Shown piece after piece: positions 51,948-64,000 of a DNA stretch of 64,000 nucleotides (position 1 is its first letter; each line of letters starts with the position of its first letter). Origin of the DNA: Octopus sinensis. Its lineage: Eukaryota. The DNA is taken from assembly GCF_006345805.1 (NCBI RefSeq), contig NC_043008.1:35154001-35218000 (forward strand), in the 5' to 3' direction. The translations under genes were made by a program, and so were the position numbers. Under the pieces are notes generated by a model, which saw only the letters and a program-made list of their open reading frames with translations, was not told the origin of the DNA and made no database searches.

Positions 51948-52334
51948 ATGGGCAATTCCTGATACCAGGGTTTGCTATTAACTGTCTGAAATGGAAAGTG
52001 TGAGATTTATAATAGGTCTAGTCTCCCCTACAGTGGTGAGATTAATACGGTTGATATTCAATTTCAATTTATGCATATTGCATTCTAGATGCATCTATGT
52101 TGATGCATCAAGGAAAATGTGGATGTCGATGGAATTAATCTTGTGATTAATAGTGATTAGTCAATGATGGGTTTACAGATTTTAAGATGGAGAGTGTGAT
52201 AAGGGGTTGTATTTAGAACTTAGGCGGAACTAATATCATAAGGGAGTTCGTATGAAAGCGCCGGTTTTCTCATTGTGGAACATCGTCCATCGATATAATT
52301 AGCCTAAAGGTACACAAGAAGAAACACATACACA

Positions 52335-52538
52335 CATGCACACAAGCATGCACACACACTCATATACATACATACATACATACATACATACATACATACA
52401 TACATACATGCATACTTACATACATACATACATACATAATACATACATGCATACATACATACATGCATACATACATACATACATACATTACATACATACA
52501 TACATACATAATACGTACATACATACATACATGCATAC

Positions 52539-52569
<31 letters not shown>

Positions 52570-52630
52570 CATACATACATACATACTACATACATACATA
52601 CATACATACATACATACATACATACATGTA
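52335..52630. repeat. (TACA)n microsatellite
   Basis: Direct reading. Confidence 0.95.
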
Positions 52631-52929
52631 TCCAAACTTACTTGCCTCAGTAGCGAAGACTGCACAATAAACCAACGCAAATACATTTTTAAATTACAAT
52701 TCGCAAAAAAAATTGCTACTTTCTCGAACTTTCGTTGCAACAGGCCATTCCCAACGAGAGTGAGAAAACATCCGACCGATCTAATGTTTAACTATATAAG
52801 AACATGTCTAGATATACAACTATATGCATGAGAATACATACTTAAAACATACAAATCTACACATACATACATATATAATACATACATATATAATACATAC
52901 ATATATAATACATACATACAATGCCTTTG

Positions 52930-53212
52930 AATGTCGCATCATATCGCTTCGGTAACATCTTTTAACCACCAAGTGTCGAAGTGCATCCCTTGACCAAGTT
53001 TGCCTCCTATGACTTGGAAGGTAGCCCCTTGAGCAACACTCTTTGATAACCTAGAATGCATGCCTAAAGAAGTTGCACGACTCCACCACAACGTATCATC
53101 AGATGAAAGGATGAGCCTATATGAACAGAAGACTCTGTATGGATATGTTAATAGAAAGCTCCTTGAGGATAGTAACATCGATCATCAAAGCAGTTTTATC
53201 ATGAACGAATAA
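52930..53212 (+). mobile_element. Fragment of the RLE-type family seen at 26235-26972 (upstream part)
   Basis: ..YEQKTLYGYVNRKLLEDSNIDHQSS; AGTAACAT(C/T)GATCAT(C/T)AAAGCAGT is shared with 26240-26262. Confidence 0.65.
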
Positions 53213-53214
53213 AG

Positions 53215-53335
53215 TTACGGGTACTTAAACACATCAGCATCGGTTGTCAAGCGATGTTGGGGGACAAACACAAATACACAAATATATACACACACACATA
53301 CATACATACATACATACATACATACATACATACAT

Positions 53336-53410
<75 letters not shown>

Positions 53411-53530
53411 CATATATGCAATGGGCTTCTTTCAGTTTCCGTCTACCAAATCCACTCACAAAGCTTTATTCGGCCCGAGGCTATAGCAGAAGACACTTGC
53501 CCAAGGTGCCACGAAGTGGGACTGAACCTG
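53215..53530 (-). mobile_element. SINE family B
   Basis: Reverse complement of the head and 3' part around a TACA/CA/TA tract. Confidence 0.85.
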
Positions 53531-53655
53531 GCAAGAAATCTTGAAATAAACTGAATAATGACATACATAAGTACATGTATACATAAATACATACATATAT
53601 ACATACATAAATACATAAATCCATCCATCCATCCATCCATCATCATCCATCCATC

Positions 53656-53686
<31 letters not shown>

Positions 53687-54456
53687 CGTGGCTCTCAACA
53701 GAACCATGCACTTAGAATTCTGTTTTTATTATGTTGCCAATACCTGGTCGCCGTGATTTGGAATTGTGATGCCTTTATAACCCGTAAAGACTATAAATAT
53801 TTTTCATTGTGAGTTTTACATGACGAGAAAGATCTAAGCATTGCGTGTATCTTTTGATGCATGCAATGAATTGTCTCAGAGATATTGAACGAAATTAGGT
53901 TGTCGTGTTCCAATTGGAGGATGTTTTCATGATCTTTGTTTTAGAAGTAGTATACGACTGAGGTGACGCATTAAAATTGCATTGTGATACAAGATATATG
54001 CAGAACGTTACATGAAATGAAAGCTGGTATCATCTATGGATGCGTGTGTTCACTCAAATGATACAGTTAGACATTTTCGATGTAGAATGTCAAATATATA
54101 ACTAAATCGTGAGGTTAATTTTAGTTCATGGAATGAGGATCGGAAAAAAACTCCGTGTATAAATGATGCGGTGCAGAAGTAGGACTGGAAATGATGAAAA
54201 AAGAGAGGAATATTTTGTACTTTGGCGACAAAACTCTTCGAGAGGTTTCTTGAAGGGGTCACTAACGAAGGTCAATAGCAACGAAGTTATTTTGTCTGGT
54301 TGAAAGGGGTGTATGTGTGTATATATGTATAATATGTATATATATGTATATATGTACACGTACACACAGACGCACGCACACACACAAAGACACACTGATA
54401 CATATACACACACATATATATATATACTCTTCAGACCAAGGACAAGTATGTGTGTA

Positions 54457-54488
<32 letters not shown>

Positions 54489-54654
54489 TGTGTGTGTGTG
54501 TGGTGACCTGCTAATACTTTCTTCCGTCTCTAACGAACAAACTAAGGAATTATGTAATGTTAATGAGAGCGATTCTGAAGAAATACGGCTGGCTATTAAA
54601 CAAAGTGTTATGTATATCATGTTATGCATGTCTTATATATCGTATTATGAATTC

Positions 54655-55230
54655 AGTAATGGCACTCCGTCGGTTACGACGACGAGGGTTCCAGTTGATT
54701 CGATCAACGGATCTGCCTGCTCGTGAGAATGTGCCTGTGGCTGAGCACTCCACTGACACATGTACCTATTTCTTTACTACCCACAAGGGGCTAAACACAG
54801 AGAGGGCAAACAAGGACAGACAAATGGATTAAGTAGATTATATCGACCCCAGTGCGTAACTGGTACTTATTTAATCGACCCCGAAAGGATGAAAGGCAAA
54901 GTCGACCTCGGCGGAATTTGAACTCAGAACGTAGCGGCAGACGAAATACCGCTAAGCATTTCGCCCGGCGTGCTAACGTTTCTGCCAGCTCGCCGCCTTC
55001 CACAGACACATGTACCCTTAACGTAGTTCTTTGGGAGATTCAGCGTGGCACAGAATCTGACAATGCTGGCCCTTTGAATTATAAGTACTACTCATTTTTG
55101 CCAGCTTAGTAGATTGGACCTACGAGAAATAAAGTGTCTTGCTGACGGACACAAAGCGTCGCCTAGAATTGAACTCACGACCTTAAGATCGTGAGTTGAG
55201 CACCTTAACCACTGAGCCACGCAGCTTCAC
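54655..55230 (-). mobile_element. tRNA-derived SINE interrupted by a nested family A SINE
   Basis: Head at about 55230-55170; the two host halves rejoin across the TSD. Confidence 0.85.
54767..54998 (-). mobile_element. SINE family A, nested, 18-bp TSD
   Basis: TCCAC(T/A)GACACATGTACC at 54749-54766 and 54999-55016. Confidence 0.92.
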
Positions 55231-55254
55231 ATGAATTCATTATAGTCATATTAA

Positions 55255-55460
55255 TACTGATTTCAAATTTTGGCAGAAAGCCAGCAATTTAGAAATTGCA
55301 TCGACCCCAGTACTGAACCGGTATATATTTTATCGACCCCGAAAGGATAAAAGGCAAAGTTTATCTATACAGAATTCGAACACAGAACGCAAAGACGGAC
55401 GAAATGCCGCTAATCATTTCGCCCGGCGCGGTATCTATTCTACCAGCTCACTGCCTTAAT
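55255..55460 (-). mobile_element. SINE family A (variant tail)
   Basis: Reverse-complement core ATCGACCCCGAAAGGAT.AAAGGCAAAG. Confidence 0.8.
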
Positions 55461-55514
55461 AAATATTAATATTAATAGGAACTATAAGGCAGCGAGCCCC
55501 TTTGTTGGCAATAA

Positions 55515-55565
<51 letters not shown>

Positions 55566-55658
55566 TATATATATTATGCTTATTTGTCTGTTCGTGTACG
55601 TGTTGGTTTGTAGGTCTGTGTGCGTGTGCATCCATCAATCGATATACATATGTCTATA

Positions 55659-55705
<47 letters not shown>

Positions 55706-57091
55706 GTACACACGCACACATATGTATGGATGGATGGATGTATAACTATGACCGTGTTTATAGTTGCATTTACGAAATTAATTAGCAGACTATGTTTACC
55801 ATGTTACGCAATGCACTACACGACCCAGGCTAAAATAAACATTCAACAATATTACAGAAAATACAATACAAAAGCAAAAAAAGGTGTGTATGTGCACACA
55901 CCTCCACACACACACAGAAGCAGACGTACACGCACGGACACATACAAACATAAGCACATACACACACATAAATCGGAATGCATATAGACATGTGTAATGG
56001 TAAAAGCAATAATATGGTGGAACTAGCGAAACAGCAGGCAACAATATGTTAAACTGTAAGAATATATTGTAACGTTGACATCTCTAATCGTGATTTATTA
56101 AATACATTAAGTGGCTGCGTGGAAAATTGATTATTTTGACCGAGTTGAGTCTGGGTTTGTTGGATTAAGTTAGTTTGGTTAGCAAGATGTGAAAGTAGCT
56201 GTTGCTGCTGGTTTGAAAAAACAACTTTCTAATTAAGGCGGTGTAAAACGGTGTAAATTTTCCACTGTCTCGCCTGTATCAATCACCGACTAACAGAGCA
56301 AATGTGACTAAAACATTTTGCTCTGCGTGTGTCAAATTATCTTGAAATTAAACAAAGGACTGAATGAGCAACGATGTTTGAATTCTCGAGTAATTGGTTT
56401 ACTAACGTTTTTTTTTCTCTCTCTTACTTCCACCCCATTATTCATTCTCTTTATCTTCCTCTCCGTGTCTCTCTTTATTTCTATCTCTATATCGTTAATT
56501 TATTTCCTGTTTTTCGATTTTTCTGTCTTAGCTCCTTTCTTCCTCCCGTTCGTTTATAATCTCTTCAATATTCATCGTATTTCAGTCATAAGGCACAGAC
56601 ACACACACATAGATACTTGCATATATATATATATATACTGTACACGCACGCATACACACACACACACACACACACCACACACACACACACACACAGAAAC
56701 GCAAACACATACACACACCAAAACACTCAAATTCAGGAGAATATTTTCCTTGATGTTCTTAACAATATAGACGTCATTATTGACATCACTACAGAATAAA
56801 GTATGACATCTAAAGACATCAGCCATGTTTTAAAGGTCAATGAAAAAATTAAACTTCATATCAATCGCATGAAAATCCTCACATTATGACAGTCTTCATA
56901 AAACCATCACATAACAGTATAAAACAAAAAAAAAAGGAGATTAAAATCATTTTTGAAAATGAGTGAAGGACACTCGAAAAGTCTTAATTTCTTCTTTTTT
57001 TTTCCAGATAAGCGAATATAAGAGCAAAATGGCTACGAATTGCAAAATTGCTGAGTCAACGTTTACATTTTTATTCATATAAAGGTGAATG

Positions 57092-57440
57092 GAAGGCGTG
57101 AGCTGGCAGAAACGTTAGCACGCCGGGCGTAATGCGTAGCCGTATTTCGTCTGCCGTTACGTTCTGAGTTCAAATTCAGCCGAGGTCGACTTTCCCTTTC
57201 ATCCTTTCGGGGTCGATTAAATAAGTACCAGTTACACACTGTGGTCGATATAATCGACTTAATCCGTTTGTCTGTCCTTGTCTGTCCTCTTTGTATTTAG
57301 CACCTTGTGGGTAGTAAAGAAATAGGCATTTCGTCTGTTTTTACGGTCTGAGCTCTGATACCGTTGAGGCTGTCTTTACCGTTCATAAAATAAGTAAAAA
57401 CTGAACACAGAGGTCGATATAATCGACTTATCTCCAAGTG
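57092..57440 (+). mobile_element. SINE family A (57092-57325) followed by an older headless copy
   Basis: Full head, core and tail, then a degenerate repeat of the body. Confidence 0.85.
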
Positions 57441-57934
57441 TGAGCTTTGGGTGGCCCGATCCATATACTTTGGTACTAAACCTGGATTCATGTGGTTGGG
57501 AAGCGAACTTCTTACCATACAGCCATGTCTGCGACTATCCGCACACACATATCTAGGAAATTAATTTTGTATACATTTCGGTAAACGAGCAACATTTATT
57601 TCATGTTACATAAAAACGTTATGCAGTTTTAAACACGTGTTCAGACATAATTCGATTCACAATCAAATTAAACAAGACTTAACTATGAAACGAATTAAAA
57701 TGTCTGAAGAAGGGGATGAACTCGACGTTTATTGCACAAAATCACAGGTATGTAATATGTGTACGATATGAAATCAATAGTTGTCGTTCACCAAGAGGTA
57801 CATGACATTAATATAATTTCTTTTTTCACCAATTAAGATTATTGTAATTCTTCTGTGTGAGGATTAACTTTTATACCCATCAGGGACTGATTGAAATTTA
57901 CAACCTCCCTACACTTGGATACCCGGATCTTACA

Positions 57935-58055
<121 letters not shown>

Positions 58056-58074
58056 ATATATGTATATATATATA

Positions 58075-58230
58075 TGAGATGAGCCGCGATGCTACTGGTG
58101 CCAAGCTGTATTGTCCTTCGCCTCTCTCTTGGAGAACCTCTGTGGAGAAGGGATCCTGGTATGCATGGGTGACTGTTGGTCTTCCACAAACAACTTTACC
58201 CCGACTCGTGCCTCGGAGGGGAGCTTTCAA
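58075..58230 (+). mobile_element. 3' part of SINE family E
   Basis: Matches the reverse complement of 34250-34400. Confidence 0.75.
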
Positions 58231-58559
58231 ACTACAATACCATTTATAAATATAATATACTATAATATAATATAATATAATATAATATAATATAATATAC
58301 ATATATATATATATATATGAGAATTCTAGTATCGAATATCAAATAGCTATAGGGACACAGAGTCTAAAATATATTGTTCATGGAAAATCTTCGACTTAAT
58401 TAGAACATGAAAAAATTATCTGAAATATCTGTAACGCGCAAACTGCCCATTCATGTCGACTAAATAATGACCAACGACAAACAGAAGCCTAGCTGCTGGT
58501 ATTTATAAGAGAAAAACGTTGCTGCCTACTCATGAAGACAACATCTTTAACGTCTCACA

Positions 58560-58960
58560 GAACATGCTCAGCCTGACCAATTTACACGCTTCACTTTTGT
58601 TCTAACTTATACCTCGAAAGAAAATATAAAGAACCTTTAACTTGAATTACTTTATCAGTCTCTGGTGACTGTTAGCATTTTAAAAAAAAATCTCATTTTA
58701 GAAATTAATGACAAACTGTGGAACTTATTCAAGGGTGAAAGCAACAGACAAAGAACTTGTAAACAAAATAAAATCATACTTAATGTGGATATTATACTTG
58801 CTCTGCAAGACTTGAAAAATAACGAGAAAATTGTAATTTATAAATGTGATAATAGCAATTTATCTGTTATTATGAACAAAGACGAATGAAATATAAAGAA
58901 GAAAATCAGCGATATGCTATACAACTAGAAATCAAATTCGATTAAATAAATAACACTCTT
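58560..58960 (+). mobile_element. Penelope-like RT N-terminal remnant
   Basis: ORF 58665-58889 ALQDLKNNEKIVIYKCDNSNLSVIMNKDE matches the PLE RT leader pattern AL..LK....I.I..ADKG...V.M. Confidence 0.6.
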
Positions 58961-59214
58961 TACGCTCAAATAGAGTCTGTTCCTTACAAATATACAAAAC
59001 GGAAAGTTTACCAACATACATGTAGTGTTCTGCAAAGATTTACAAACAGAGAATAATACCTTTCACGTAAATCTTGTAGCAGACAGGCTTCCTCGAATTT
59101 GAACATGGAATGTTTAAGTTTGAAAGTCAAAAGAGCCAGCGAATACTATTACTATTTTTGGTAATATTGACAAGAGAAAGTTGCCACTAACAACTGATAT
59201 TAATACATTTGGTA

Positions 59215-59650
59215 AAGTTAGGGCGGCGTGCTAGCAGAATTGGAGGCGGCGAGCTGGCAGAAACGTTAGCACGCCGGGTGAAATGCTTAGCGATATTTCG
59301 TCTGCGTTACGTTGTGAGTTCAAATTCCGCCGAGGTCGACTTTGCCTTTCATCCTTTCGGGGTCGATAAATTAAGTACCAGTTACGCACTGGGGTCGATG
59401 TAATCGACTTAATACCTATGTCTGTCCTTGTTTGTCCCCTCTGTGCTTAGCCCCTTGTGGGTAATAAAGAAATAGGTATGCTAGCAGAATTGTTAGCTCG
59501 CCGGTCAAAATGCCTAACAGCATTTCGTCCGACTTTACGTTATGAGTTCAAATTCGCAGAAGTCGACTTTGCCTTCCATCCTTTCGGGGTGAATGAAATA
59601 AGTACCATTTGAGCACCAAGATTGATGTAATCAACTTACCCACTTTCTCG
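59215..59650 (+). mobile_element. Young family A SINE (59243-59478) nested in the head of an older related SINE
   Basis: 14-bp TSD TGCTAGCAGAATTG at 59229-59242 and 59479-59492. Confidence 0.9.
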
Positions 59651-59729
59651 AAGTTACTGGATAATTTTACCAATATATTCGGAGTTGTTTTATTTTGTTT
59701 GTCCTGTCCTTGAACCCTAATACAACATC

Positions 59730-60457
59730 GGGATCTTTACCTTTTGACCTACAGATTTAAAAAAATAATTTTTTGTAACTAAACACTTTCAAACTTCGGA
59801 CACTGGTAGAGTGTGTCATATAAAACATGTTTTACTCTCAGCATTTTTGAGAAAAACTTATATTTACGAAGTTATTTCACATTAAAGTAGTCTTATTTCG
59901 GTAATTTCAACCAATCAATGACGTTTATTCAGCTGAATAAAATTACTGCCGTTGTTTGTCAACACAACTATCGGCGGTGTATTTTTCATTTGTCACTGTT
60001 ATTTATGACATCGTTCGATCGTTCGTACTGGTTTTAGCTTTAAGGTTTTAGAGTTAGGGTTTTAGGGTTAGGGTTAGGGTGTTAGGGTTATGTTTTAGAT
60101 TGGGCTTAGGGTTAGGGTTTAAGGGTTAGGGTTAGGTTTTAGATTAGGGTTAATGTTTTAGGGTTAAGGTTAGGGTTGTCATAAATAACAGTGACAAACG
60201 AAATATGCACCGCCAGAAGTTCTTACTGGCAAACAACAGCAGTAATTTTATTCAGCTGAATACATGTCATTGATTGGTTGAAATTATTGAAATAGGACTA
60301 CTTTAACGTGAAATAACTTTGTAAATATAAGCTTTTCTCAAAAATACTAAGAGTAAAACATGTTTTATATGACACATTCTACCAGTGTCCGAAGTTTGAA
60401 AGCGTTTAGTTACAAAAAAATATTTTTTATATCTGTAAGTCAAAAGGTAAAGATCCC
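59730..60457. mobile_element. Non-autonomous foldback/MITE: 281-bp inverted arms around a TTAGGG-rich core
   Basis: Arms 59730-60010 and 60177-60457 are reverse complements (GGGATCTTTACCTTTTGAC.. / ..GTCAAAAGGTAAAGATCCC). Confidence 0.9.
60040..60176 (+). repeat. Interstitial telomere-type repeat (11 perfect TTAGGG plus variants)
   Basis: Counted directly. Confidence 0.9.
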
Positions 60458-61624
60458 AACAGCGACTGGACAGGAAATTTTCCAGCCAATCGTCTTTGAC
60501 GCACTTTTTGATAAGTATTGACAGACATAAAGAAAAGTTTAATTTTCGCGTCTAGGACTCTTATGGAATATTCTTGAACAGTTTAGCAAGTTTATAAGAC
60601 ACCCAGAATTCAGCTAATTATAGAGATTGTTCTAATTGTAGCTGAATATGGCCAATGTTAATAAGAGGTCTCTCCACTTTTATCTTTCAGCAATTTCAGT
60701 ATTTCTTAATTTAACAAGTGAAACGAAAATACAACAAATTGGTAATTACAAATAGGAAAATGTTTAATGTTATTAATTAACAATGTTGAAGATAATTATT
60801 TCTTATTAGCTTGTCATGACTTGATTATTTACTATGTTAATCATAACATAACAGCAATCTCTTAACACATACACACATCGTAGAAAGTTACCAAATAACT
60901 AGATAACATCAGAAAGATTTTATTTTTACAAGAGAGATACAGCATGCAATTATCGGATGTTCGTTGAAATGTTTTAGAACATCACATAAGCTTTTTAGGC
61001 GCGAAGAACTTTTCATTTTGTCTGTCAATGCTTAACAAAAACAGACGTTAAATACAATTGGCTGGGAAAATGTCAGTAGACGTTATAGAAGATACAAGCA
61101 TAATCTTTGAAAAGTGCATGCAAAATCCTGTAATAAAACCACCCAAATAGAGCATTAAATGGTTTGCTCAGCTATAAAACTTCAGTTTTGGAGTTTTATA
61201 GCTGAAGAAACTAATTAATATTCTATTTACTGTAACTTAATATACGGTTCGACTATAGATGTCTTCAACTGTTTACATATTAGATATTGATTCGAGTTAG
61301 AATAAACAGAGTCTGCAAAAGATTTGTCGTTCAACTAACCTAATAATATTTTATTCAGTACATATTTATAGAATATTATTTAATAGTAATATGCACTTTT
61401 TTTTATATTTCCACTGAATCGAATGAGCATTATATTAATTTTGGTTTTGTAGACATTAGTAAACACATTTTAAAAGTTGACTTAGTAACAACTGACAAGA
61501 TAAAATTAAAATATATATTTATTATTTACTATTAAAATGCATATTTATTAAGAAACAATTTAAATTAGAATAATTAAAGACTTCTATTGTTTACTGCTGA
61601 AATAACTAAGGAACTTTTTAAGCA

Positions 61625-62302
61625 TATGAGATGCATTCCAGAAGTTTTGAGACTTTTTAGAAGTACTAGCTAGCAATAATCTATCCTAGATTATTGCAAT
61701 TTTTGCATATCATTGCTATACATGTAATAAGCTGACCTCCTGCCAACTTTTGTTATTCCTATTTGAAGGAGATGACTGTAACAGCATTTTGAACGCACCC
61801 CACTAAATATTGCTTGTCACAGCTGACGAGTGACGAGTTTGCAGAATGCAGCCGGGACGTAAAGGCAATGTCGAAGCTCGATATGCAATAAACTTTTGTG
61901 TTAAACTGGAGAAAAATACTACAAAATCTTATGAAATGCTCCAGATTGGTCAGGGGGTTAAGTTGTATGAGCCGAGTAGCAGTTCACAATTCCGTACTGG
62001 TAACCATCTACTTGACAGAGACAGCAAAACTATCTCTTACCCTTTTACAATCCCCCAAGTTGAGGAAGAACCTCAGGAGCAGTCGTTTTGAATACATTGG
62101 AGATGAAGGAAGCTGTGAAAAGGTCCAGAACACTTTTATTTTCAAGGACCTCCATGAGGCCTTCACGAAGTGGCTGGAGCACTAAAACAGGTACTTTGAA
62201 GTCAGAGGATCCTACATTGAAGGAAATTACCTTTGTGCTTCTTTGAAATAAATAAATGCCTCTCCTGAAAAGAGTTTCAAAACTTCTAGAATACACCTTG
62301 TA
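61625..62302 (+). mobile_element. Internally deleted mariner element with both TIRs
   Basis: TIRs 61625-61654 and 62273-62302 match 24/30 and include terminal TA. N-terminal RYAINFCVKLEKNTTKSYEMLQ; C-terminal PKLRKNLRSSRFE..HEAFTKWLEH. Confidence 0.85.
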
Positions 62303-63689
62303 TATTAACAATACCATTTTAGACTCTTTAAGTGATTCTTCTATAAAAACAAACGCATTTAGTCAATTTAATTCTGTAATTCGTTCATTCATAACGGCAT
62401 TTTCCCGTTTTGTCTGAACAAGAAGAAAAAAGGGTTACATCTGCCTTATTATTATGTAAAAAGAACCAATTACTTATGAAAGTAGCTAAGGTAAAAATTT
62501 ACAATGCCACTTCCTAATGAGTGCACTGTCTATTGTATCTGCATTTAGTAGTTTGGGATAAAAACTGTTGAAATACTAAGTTACTATTCAGTTTCTTATT
62601 ATCTTCGTAGACACCGTTTCTATAGTAATTCATATTGTAAAGCCGAAATATAATCTATAAGTTGTAAATGAATCTCTTCAAATAGTCGCTTTCTTCTACG
62701 TTTAATTCATAACACAAGGAACTAGAAAAAATTAAACTTTTATGGAATTAAATGATATTTTTTCTTCCTCTATTTTCATATGTAGTGTAAACATACTAAC
62801 TTGTATTATATTCAATAGTCGTTAATTTTCTAACTTTGTGCTATGTTTTTTTAAAAATTTTCATATTGTTATTTTATTATTATGATTGTTAACAATCAAA
62901 AGATTTATTATTTTCATTTCCGTTTTTAAAGACAGTGTAAATATAAAAACAAGTTATTATCTGATAATTGTACATTTACAAATTGGTTTATTCAACTAGT
63001 TGCTAATTTCCCTTCCTAATCGACGTCAAATCTAGTCTACAAAAAGTTGTTTCCTTTAACTAAACTCTGACTTTCTCATCACGCTTTGATTTATCAAAAA
63101 TATTAGTACTCTATATTCCATCTTCAATGGACTAATTTCCGTTTAAAAATAAATCTATTTGAAGCCCTGCACTTTCCATCTGTCAATCAAATTTGTTACG
63201 TTTTAGTTTCCATATTTGGACCAAATTGCATGTGAATGTAATCTGAAGAATAAATAGATTTCCTGAGATTTTATATCAAAAATGTTATATTTTGAATAAT
63301 AGGTCAGGTGATATATTCTATGTCTGTTAATTACTCTTTATTTTAAATTTCACCTAGGAAACAACGATGTAAATTATGGAGACAGATATATGTGAAACAG
63401 CCCGCATTCTGCAACGCCATATTGCACACACGCACACACACAGGCGCGCGCGTTTGTGTGTGTGGTTAGCCAACTTAGTGGCTTTACTACTGTCCATGTG
63501 CCAGAAAGAAGATAAGTGGTGAGCATGGCATTTTTCTGAGTCACCTTCGCATAACCTGATGTAATTTTTCATTTCGGTTTGGCCATCATGTAGCGCTGCT
63601 GTTACTTCTGCCTCATATACGATGAGGGTTCATCATGCACGTCTGGTCGAGTGGGCAAACTCCAGGGTTTCGACAGTCGAAATCTTCAC

Positions 63690-63880
63690 CATCACCATGT
63701 CGACAACCGCTACCTCACCACCACTAACACTACTTCCACTAGCATCACCACCACCACCACCACCACCACCCCACTACCACCAATCCACTACCACCCCACT
63801 ACCCCACTGCTATACCCCACTACCCCTCACTATCCCCACTGCACTACTACCGCCACCTACACTACCACCACCCATCCTAC
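63690..63880. repeat. Degenerate (CCA/CTA)n low-complexity tract
   Basis: Direct reading. Confidence 0.9.
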
Positions 63881-64000
63881 TACAAACTGGATCTTCAAAT
63901 ATTGCAAGGGCATTATTCTGACAGAATTATTCATCTTGAGCATCATTGTATTAATCTTGAATATTTTATGCATGCTTCCTAAGATGTATCTAATTCTTGT

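Noticed and set aside
60040-60176. True telomere or chromosome fusion site
   Set aside because: Short, degenerate, single orientation (no head-to-head CCCTAA), and enclosed by TIRs

Overview
AT-rich, microsatellite-saturated animal DNA that looks like Octopus (coleoid cephalopod); this is an inference from the tRNA-derived SINE families and repeat landscape. No host protein-coding gene could be supported. Everything recognisable is mobile-element derived. (1) A full-length but frameshifted Tx1/L1-clade LINE (about 27068-33224) sits between (TATC)n tracts, and its last ~50 nt match the 3' tail of the commonest SINE family. (2) R4/Dong-type RLE retrotransposon remnants are present, two of them in (TAA)n context. 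(3) There are RTE and CR1 remnants and three Tc1/mariner remnants, one a complete DD37D maT. (4) Penelope-like GIY-YIG and RT remnants accompany eight or more hammerhead-ribozyme-type motifs, several with a recurrent CCGA(C/A)GA core variant. (5) A 728-bp foldback element has 281-bp inverted arms enclosing TTAGGG telomere-type repeats. (6) A 31-bp minisatellite appears to have grown from a SINE end. (7) A perfect 75-bp segment is duplicated 2.2 kb away between 22-bp direct repeats. There is one 100-N gap (42944-43043). All calls come from reading and hand-translating the sequence; no database searches were run.
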